Source: Paraphysomonas bandaiensis (lineage: Eukaryota > Protista > Chrysophyceae). Taken from it: a stretch of DNA of 20,849 bases. Location: positions 1-20,849 of the forward strand of contig CBFFRP010000624.1 in NCBI GenBank assembly GCA_965644295.1, given 5' to 3'. Below are positions 11,175-18,042 of this stretch, in pieces. The position numbers and the translations under genes are program-made. The stretch's first letter is position 1. Every line of letters begins with the position of its first letter. The notes beneath the pieces are model-generated. The model made no database searches. It saw only the letters and a program-made list of their open reading frames with translations, and was not told the DNA's origin.

Positions 11175-12609
11175 TTTTCGCTCTGAGTGAACTGGAATTC
11201 TATGATAAACATAACCACACTATTTGATTAGGTTACGACTGTAGGTTGGAACAGGGTTAGGGTTAGTTTGGGCGCTGTAGTCACAGTCCCGCCTATTTGG
11301 ACGCTGGAGGAGGTCCCATTTGGGGCCTATTTCAGTGACGTATCTGGACATCTCTGGAACAATTTCAGAATAATGGCAGAAATGTGTGACCTCTGTGCCG
11401 GTCTATTGTGTGGCGACATATGCCACCCATCGAAAGAGTTCCTCACCACCGGATAAAGTAATTGGCGTAGATTTGACAGATACCTCCTCACAAACATAGG
11501 CCCAATCCTGGAGAGTGTAGCCTTGCTCGACGTGTGTTTATCAAAGTCATGTGGCTGCAGTGGCCATTGTTGCGTTTATATATCTTCGCTTCCCTGTTGT
11601 TAACTATTAGTCGGGGTAATATCAAAACCTCGTAAAGTGATTTTAAGGTATCACCCGTCGAAGTCAATCAAGCCAACAAAGCTGAATACTTTGATTGCCT
11701 CCATATGATTATTGCTGAAAAAGGTAAAAATTACGCCCCTCGTTTGCTAACTTTCTAAAGGAACCCGTTTATTGTGGAGGCTATCCACGAGATATTAAAC
11801 TCGGAACAAATTGTGGTGAAGGCAAAACAAAAACTCGAAAAAGTGATCAATTCCCATCAAGTTCCTGTGATGAAGATTCATTGCTTTACTAGTGTTCTTA
11901 TTCAACTAGTTTGATATGTTTGCAAATCGATCTGGAACTTCTCTCACATGTTCACGGAGAGCAACTCGTCCTCATGAAGTTGAATTTAGGCTAAGGTCTC
12001 TCGATGTTGCTCTAGACACTATTGCATATAACTAGTGCCGCTTATCTTTGATAGCTACTACGAGGAGTTCTTAAATTAAGTAGACACGATATATTTATAT
12101 GGTAAACTTATCCCATTTTGCTAGCTGTGTGTTGTGTTGACGTCCTTGGCTCTGCTACAAGGTCCAGCAAGTTTGTAAATATATGTATAGTATATTTCTC
12201 TATGGTGTAGACACTTGCGGAAACCACTCTCAAAGTGCTTAAAAAATCCGCAATTCATCTGGGCACTAAGTGATTGCTCAAGTGTGGAGCGTTAACGAAA
12301 ATAAACTTTCCTTGAAAGCGGAAAGTCACTGTCACTATAAGCAAGATTTAATTCTGGCCTAGGTTTCATAGATGGTGGAAGCTGAGCCATTAAAGTGAGG
12401 AAGGAAACCCGCTACCACTTGTTTCCAAATTACAAAGTAACAGCAGTAAAACACTTGTAGTGATAAGGTAACAGCAGTATCGTCAGAGAAGTGTGTGGCT
12501 ATCGTGAGAATATAAAATAGCTGCCGACGTAAGTACAATATCAATATAGTCTATATTGTACGTCATCACCATTATTGAAAGTCTTATTACTAGCAGGAGA
12601 AGTGTAAAC

Positions 12610-12742
12610 CAGGGCCTGGTAACCATTAATGGCCCATTAATGGTAGTCCAGTTCCCGGAAATTATAATGGCATTAATGAAAAAAGTCCCGGCAATTATAA
12701 TAGCATTACCATTAATGGCCCATTAATGGTTACCAGGCCCTG
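12610..12742 (-). mobile_element. 133-bp MITE (non-autonomous member of the same hAT family as 4581-6615)
   Basis: TIRs CAGGGCCTGGTAACCATTAATGG.CCATTAATGGT (35 bp, 1 mismatch) and a perfect 8-bp TSD gtgtaaac (12602-12609 and 12743-12750). The internal sequence matches the subterminal regions of the large element in reverse orientation. Confidence 0.95.
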
Positions 12743-12828
12743 GTGTAAACAGTAAGCAAAGAAGCACTTATTGAGTTAATAATTTAAGAAATACCTGTGA
12801 ATGCCTTTTTATTAGAAAAATAGACGTT

Positions 12829-13818
12829 TAAGAGTCAGAACTAATTGTATGCATTGCGATTTAACAGACAATTGCTTAACTCTGATATCCTATAGTTAAC
12901 GCAACAAAAGCTGATTATTCGTCACCGCAAGTACCAAGTACCAAGGGGCAACCACTTTTGCTTAATCACTCAAAGCAAACACAGTGAACAAGCAGATTTT
13001 TGAGTCCTTAAGGTCAGTCCGGATGCTTGACTTTAGCAGGCAGCCCAATATTCCGGCTGCCCTTGAAGTGGGCCTATTCTCGGGTGTCTGTTCATTCGTC
13101 AGGGTTCAAAGCGACACTCTTGTATTAGAGTCACTTGTACCACACAAGCATTTGGCTATGAGTGGGCAGAAATTTATCTGTTGACTATATATATGCGGCT
13201 CACGTTTTAGTTTCCCGGTATATACTATTTAGCGCAATCAGCAATCGCAACCAATCTCGCTACCAATCACTCGAAGCAAACGCAGTGAGCAAACAAAATG
13301 TAGACATAGGTTTGAATATGTTGTGTACAGTCACGTTATCTTTTTATTAATCATAATTGTGTTTGACAGTCAGTAGATATACTACCTGACATCTGCTGAT
13401 TTCAGGATTTTAGAGTCCTTAAAGTAAACTCATCCCAGATGCTTGACTTCAGCAAGCCCAGCAGAGTTGTAAAGTATAGTAAATGTCTGATTATTAGGAG
13501 TAGTTTTGTAAGAGTCTGAACTAAGTTAGCGAAACAATTTAACTAACTAGTGCTTAACTCTGAAATCCTACTATTTGTCGCTACGAGAGCTGTTTGTGCG
13601 TCACCACTTTCGCTCTTTGTCCTTAAGGTGAACTACTACTATTAATATCCCGGATGCTTGACTTTTGACTTCAGTAGGTAGCCCAATACCTCGTATGCCC
13701 TTGAGGTGGGCCCATTCCCGGATGCCTGTTTATTTGTCGTGGCCCAAAGACGTCTACCTAAGTGACACTTATATTAATGTCTCTTGCACGATACAAGCAT
13801 TCCTATGAGTGGACAGAA
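12829..13818 (+). repeat. Diverged tandem/segmental duplication (period ~620-680 bp) plus partial third copies
   Basis: 12829-12927 aligns with 13509-13607 (taagagtc.gaactaa...tgcttaactctga.atccta...cgtcacc). 13002-13170 aligns with 13619-13818 (gtccttaaggt...ccggatgcttgactt...gcccttga.gtgggcc...caagcatt..ctatgagtgg.cagaa). Partial copies lie at 13265-13298 and 13407-13457. Confidence 0.8.
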
Positions 13819-13923
13819 CGACGGAACAATATCTTCTGTCTATGAATGTGGACAATTCTCTGCCCTACGATGGCAAATACAGTCCAACATAAAGTTTCAC
13901 TCTATTAACCAGCTCCAAGCCCA

Positions 13924-16900
13924 ATGTCTCTATTGAGACTGTGGCTGAGTCACATCAGTGTGCCCAGGGCCTTTTACACTCCCTTACTGCTGCATTTTGT
14001 TGACCACCACGCTTCTGACAAATTACCTGTCACACCATGTTGTACACGCTCCAAGCCCCCCTGCCTGGCCTTGCAACCTTCACCCTACTCAACTACTTCA
14101 GTTAAACCACGTGCCTGCACCAATGCAGCGCTGACCGCACCTACGTGCTATCCCCTCAGCAGACAACTTCGTCTCACCCATCGCTTTCTACGGCTACAAC
14201 CTCTCAGAACATGGCTCGTGCGAGCAGGCTCACGAAAACGACCCCCATGGACCCCCTATGCAATCACTGAATACTCTCGATCCCTCTCAACTGTGCAACA
14301 GGGCTGCCTTCTGCCGCCCACTCAACCCAACCCAACATGGTTTGTCTGTGGTCCATCCACCCAGCAGGCTACCCCCTCACCCTGTTCACCTATCACCCCC
14401 ACAGCCCATCCATCTCATTGGATAGACACTGTATTCCGCATACGGTATACTCGACTACTGTACTACTGTGTCCTACAGGATGTATACCATTCCGTGTATA
14501 CCTCTACTGCTGTTGGACACATCACCATGTCCATGTACCTGTATACCTGTACTGTTGGGCACATCACCATGTCCATGTACCTGTCTACCTGTACTGTTGG
14601 ACACATCACCAGCTCTCTCTCACTGTCCAATACACTCATAACACCACTGCAGTGTCATACACACACACAGTACACTCTACCTCCTCCTAGAAAACCCCCA
14701 GACAAACTATCGCCTCTCCCTTACTGGGCGTACTGGTCCACCCACTATTCCTCCTTCCTTCCACAAACTCAATTCCTTCCATCTTATGATGTGTTTTGCT
14801 CCAACGATCACTTCTTCCTGGACACCAAATACCCGGTGGAGTTGGAACTACACGCGCTACTCGAGAGAATTCCTGACCTCGTCATCATGCGTCTCCAAAA
14901 TGTGTTGCAATGTCATTCCAAGGGAATGCAAGGAGTCCACCGTGCCAGGTCCATCAACCATCCCTCCCACGCCCTTCAGGGGAAGGAATTCTCCTCCGAT
15001 AACAGCGGTGACGGACCTAGCAAATCCACCCACACATTACCCTTACCCACTAAGGATGCCACCACACCGTATGCAACGTTATTTGACTATTTCCCAGTCA
15101 AACGGAAGCCACCTACCACCAACCTTACTCAACTGAACACCATGGGAACTCCAGCATTAGCCCCAGACGGCCCATCCTCACTCTCCACTACCACTCCTGA
15201 CCTCAGGCCGGATGTACTGCCCAAGGATATTGCCACATACCCCCTACACTACACAGAGGGCCGGGGTCACACGCCCTTTCACTCCGATCTGCTGAACAAC
15301 TGGGTTAGATATGATGAAACCCAAACTATTGCTGCCTCCCCACAGGGAAACCTTTTAAAAGAAATATACGCACACATGCTATCCCCTGCCTGTTTAGACA
15401 TATGGGAAGGATTCATAGCCAAGGCTTCCAGGACGGACAACTATGATCTCATGATATCATTCACGCTACCAGAGCACAAATTGGACACCACGCACAGCGC
15501 CCTACTAGTTGCCCAGCATCTCGCGAATGGCAACAAACCCTGGGCAGACTCCACTCATGTTGTATCTAGGCATGTGCGGACCCTTTGCCTGACAAAGGGT
15601 ATTCCCTCAACAGCCACTGTCACTCTCCGTAAGACACTTATGCAATATGAATCCTCGAATCCACACACAGGACTACATCTAGACACGGAGGATTTCCAAC
15701 TGCTACTCGATCTTCTCTCCATACCATACAGACTATGGGACGCTGTTCAACCGCACCTGGCGCCTGGTTGGGCACAGCTATCACCATTCTCCAGACAGGC
15801 ACTAACAGTGCACGCTTCTACCAACACTGTGGTAACCCATGACATCATACGCAGCCAGCATGGGTTTCACATACTAAATGCAACAAATATCCCCACCTCC
15901 ATCATGCACGCTCTAACACGAACTCAGGAGCGGCTATCCTGTTTTCTACAACACCAGACCTCCAGACAGAGCACCAACATCATCTGGACTTCTGAACCGT
16001 CAACTGTACCATCTATGCTACATGAGCAAAGAGAGCAACAGGAACAGAGGGAAGTAATTGCAGTCTCCTTGTCACCGAGAGCTCGACGTCAACTACGGCA
16101 GATGAACCCCACGGACCGTCGACAACTCAGGCTCCATATGTGCGACATGAGCAGAGTCTATCGCCTCACCCTCAGACCCTCAGCCCTTCGCACACAACAA
16201 CATATCCCAAGTGATGGATACTGCGCATACAGCACACTCTATCATCTGCACATTCTTGCTTCAAGCAGGCGACACACTCGCTCCTGTCTGAAATTAGACC
16301 TCAAACAACGCAAGGACCGTCACACGCTAGCATCTTTTATAAATACATTAGGCACCCAAGCGTTCGACACAATGCAACGGGAGTGCATGGCCCATCACAC
16401 ACTTCAGCCACTACGACATAAGTTGGATCACGCACAGGCCGCACTTTTAATACCTGCCAAAACAACATACACTACGGAGGACGACATAACTCACTGGCTC
16501 TCAGTGCGAGAGGTCCACCTTTTAGCCTCTACTATCAACCCCTGCACGACGTGGGCGCAAAATGGTAATTATCTCAGCATTGTAGGCATCCCTACTGACA
16601 AAGTAGCTTATAACATCGCATGGAAGGTGGAGGAACTTAGGAACGCTATTCGTGATAACTACTACCATGTCATACTACAAGATGCTCACTACTTCCTCTT
16701 AGACCCTGCCGGTCTTTCTACTGCCCTAGACAACGCCCTACTATCTCTTGAAAACACCTTGGCCACCAGTATACTCTCAACGTCTGACCCCATCGCTCCA
16801 CCTACACTTCCCGCGGACTCAATCACGAACAACAATAGGACATCAAAGACGACCAGCACCAGAACAACCTCGTCCAGCAGCACCAAGTTAGCACGAACAA

Positions 16901-18042
16901 ATCGACAGATTCTGCAGGCTTCAACCCCTGGAGCACTACCATCGCACAAGAAGATGCAGTTGAAACACGCCCAAACTGCGTTGACAAGTCGATACCAGCC
17001 AACCCGGAAAGCCAAAAAGGTCGTAAATTACGATGAAAGTGACCAACCAACGAACCTTCACAACTCACACCAATCCACGACCACACGAACGATCAGACCA
17101 ACTCCAGCACTTGATACCACCAGCTGGGACAAGGACTGGTCAAGAAAGTTCTACATTGCGTACGCCGATAACACTGCCAAAGGACTATCCCTTTATGCGA
17201 AGAACACATTCCCAGCAGACGTCATCATTGCTGAGTACAAAGGCAAACGCTATCCACTAACAAAGCTGAGTCAGTCTGCAAGGCGTTCTGATTACATAGT
17301 TCAAGACAGTACTGGTACCTTCGCAATAGATGGCTTTGACCAAGTCCGACAATGTGTAACATGCGAAGCTGGGTATATTAATGACCCCCTAGCCACAAAC
17401 ATGGCTAATGTCAAGTTTGTCACGAAAAATAAACGCCTCTATGTCCGTACAATACGTCCCATTGCTAAGGATGAAGAACTTCTCATCAACTACGGGCATC
17501 ATTACTGGTGTGATCAACGCTGGCCACTTGAGATATTAATCCAAGCCAGGGCTGCGTACGACAGCGACATAGGCGGTGCCAATAAAGCAGTATGGGACAG
17601 ACTCCTTGCAGACAAGAGTGGAACTCCTACAGAGACCTCCAGCAGCATCCCCAAGGCTTCCTCGGGAGCAGCCATGGGACTCCGACTCTCCACATGGAAC
17701 ACAAATGGCAATCCGGCATCTCACACAGGCAAAGTCCAAGCTATCATCCGACACTTTAAGCGGCAAAAATTGGACGTGCTCCTATTACAGGATGTCCGTC
17801 TAACAGAAACTCAGGCCAACTTCTTCACACGTATCATAGAAGATGCAATCCAGGGATCAAGAATATGCCTCTTCCTCAGCAAGCAGCCAAAACTGACTTC
17901 AAGAGACCCACTAATGGGGGGTACAGTAGTCATAATCAGCGAATACTGGAAGCGCCGTCTCGCCTTCACAAAGGCTGACTTTACGGGACTTGGTTTAGTG
18001 AGCCGACTAGAGTTCAAAACGTCGGTGGCGCACACACCCTAG
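13924..18042 (+). CDS. Retrotransposon polyprotein, uninterrupted part (1372 aa): unknown N-terminus - OTU-like protease - SET domain - N-half of APE endonuclease
   Basis: OTU: HIPSDGYCAYSTL (16201-16239), HWLSVREVHLLA (16492-), ILQDAHYFLL (H at 16687). SET: KGLSLYAKNTFPADVIIAEYKG, AGYINDP, ANVKF, IRPIAKDEELLINYGHHYW (17179-17508). APE: LRLSTWNTNG, LDVLLLQD, GGTVVII. The true start codon may lie downstream of 13924. Confidence 0.8.
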   Translation: MSLLRLWLSHISVPRAFYTPLLLHFVDHHASDKLPVTPCCTRSKPPCLALQPSPYSTTSVKPRACTNAALTAPTCYPLSRQLRLTHRFLRLQPLRTWLVRAGSRKRPPWTPYAITEYSRSLSTVQQGCLLPPTQPNPTWFVCGPSTQQATPSPCSPITPTAHPSHWIDTVFRIRYTRLLYYCVLQDVYHSVYTSTAVGHITMSMYLYTCTVGHITMSMYLSTCTVGHITSSLSLSNTLITPLQCHTHTQYTLPPPRKPPDKLSPLPYWAYWSTHYSSFLPQTQFLPSYDVFCSNDHFFLDTKYPVELELHALLERIPDLVIMRLQNVLQCHSKGMQGVHRARSINHPSHALQGKEFSSDNSGDGPSKSTHTLPLPTKDATTPYATLFDYFPVKRKPPTTNLTQLNTMGTPALAPDGPSSLSTTTPDLRPDVLPKDIATYPLHYTEGRGHTPFHSDLLNNWVRYDETQTIAASPQGNLLKEIYAHMLSPACLDIWEGFIAKASRTDNYDLMISFTLPEHKLDTTHSALLVAQHLANGNKPWADSTHVVSRHVRTLCLTKGIPSTATVTLRKTLMQYESSNPHTGLHLDTEDFQLLLDLLSIPYRLWDAVQPHLAPGWAQLSPFSRQALTVHASTNTVVTHDIIRSQHGFHILNATNIPTSIMHALTRTQERLSCFLQHQTSRQSTNIIWTSEPSTVPSMLHEQREQQEQREVIAVSLSPRARRQLRQMNPTDRRQLRLHMCDMSRVYRLTLRPSALRTQQHIPSDGYCAYSTLYHLHILASSRRHTRSCLKLDLKQRKDRHTLASFINTLGTQAFDTMQRECMAHHTLQPLRHKLDHAQAALLIPAKTTYTTEDDITHWLSVREVHLLASTINPCTTWAQNGNYLSIVGIPTDKVAYNIAWKVEELRNAIRDNYYHVILQDAHYFLLDPAGLSTALDNALLSLENTLATSILSTSDPIAPPTLPADSITNNNRTSKTTSTRTTSSSSTKLARTNRQILQASTPGALPSHKKMQLKHAQTALTSRYQPTRKAKKVVNYDESDQPTNLHNSHQSTTTRTIRPTPALDTTSWDKDWSRKFYIAYADNTAKGLSLYAKNTFPADVIIAEYKGKRYPLTKLSQSARRSDYIVQDSTGTFAIDGFDQVRQCVTCEAGYINDPLATNMANVKFVTKNKRLYVRTIRPIAKDEELLINYGHHYWCDQRWPLEILIQARAAYDSDIGGANKAVWDRLLADKSGTPTETSSSIPKASSGAAMGLRLSTWNTNGNPASHTGKVQAIIRHFKRQKLDVLLLQDVRLTETQANFFTRIIEDAIQGSRICLFLSKQPKLTSRDPLMGGTVVIISEYWKRRLAFTKADFTGLGLVSRLEFKTSVAHTP
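14510..14610 (+). repeat. 42-bp in-frame minisatellite (2.4 copies) within the polyprotein ORF
   Basis: Unit ctgttggacacatcaccatgtccatgtacctgtatacctgta starts at 14510, 14552 and 14594. It translates as VGHITMSMYLYTCT repeats. Confidence 0.9.

Noticed and set aside
11700-12000. Coding-looking fragments (NPFIVEAIHEILNSEQIVVKAKQKLEKVI...; IDLELLSHVHGEQLVLMKL) with possible decayed splice sites
   Set aside because: No recognisable family, start or intact splice signals. It may be a pseudogene remnant but cannot be supported without a search.
13820-13930. Possible self-cleaving (HDV-like) ribozyme at the LINE 5' end
   Set aside because: Could not identify the nested pseudoknot pairings by eye.
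14510-14610. CRISPR-like repeat array
   Set aside because: Head-to-tail 42-bp units without unique spacers, in a eukaryotic context; an ordinary minisatellite.
17140-17510. SET domain as an independent host gene next to a LINE
   Set aside because: Intronless, same C/A-rich strand bias as the element, and in frame with the APE with no intervening stop, whereas host genes here have frequent short introns.
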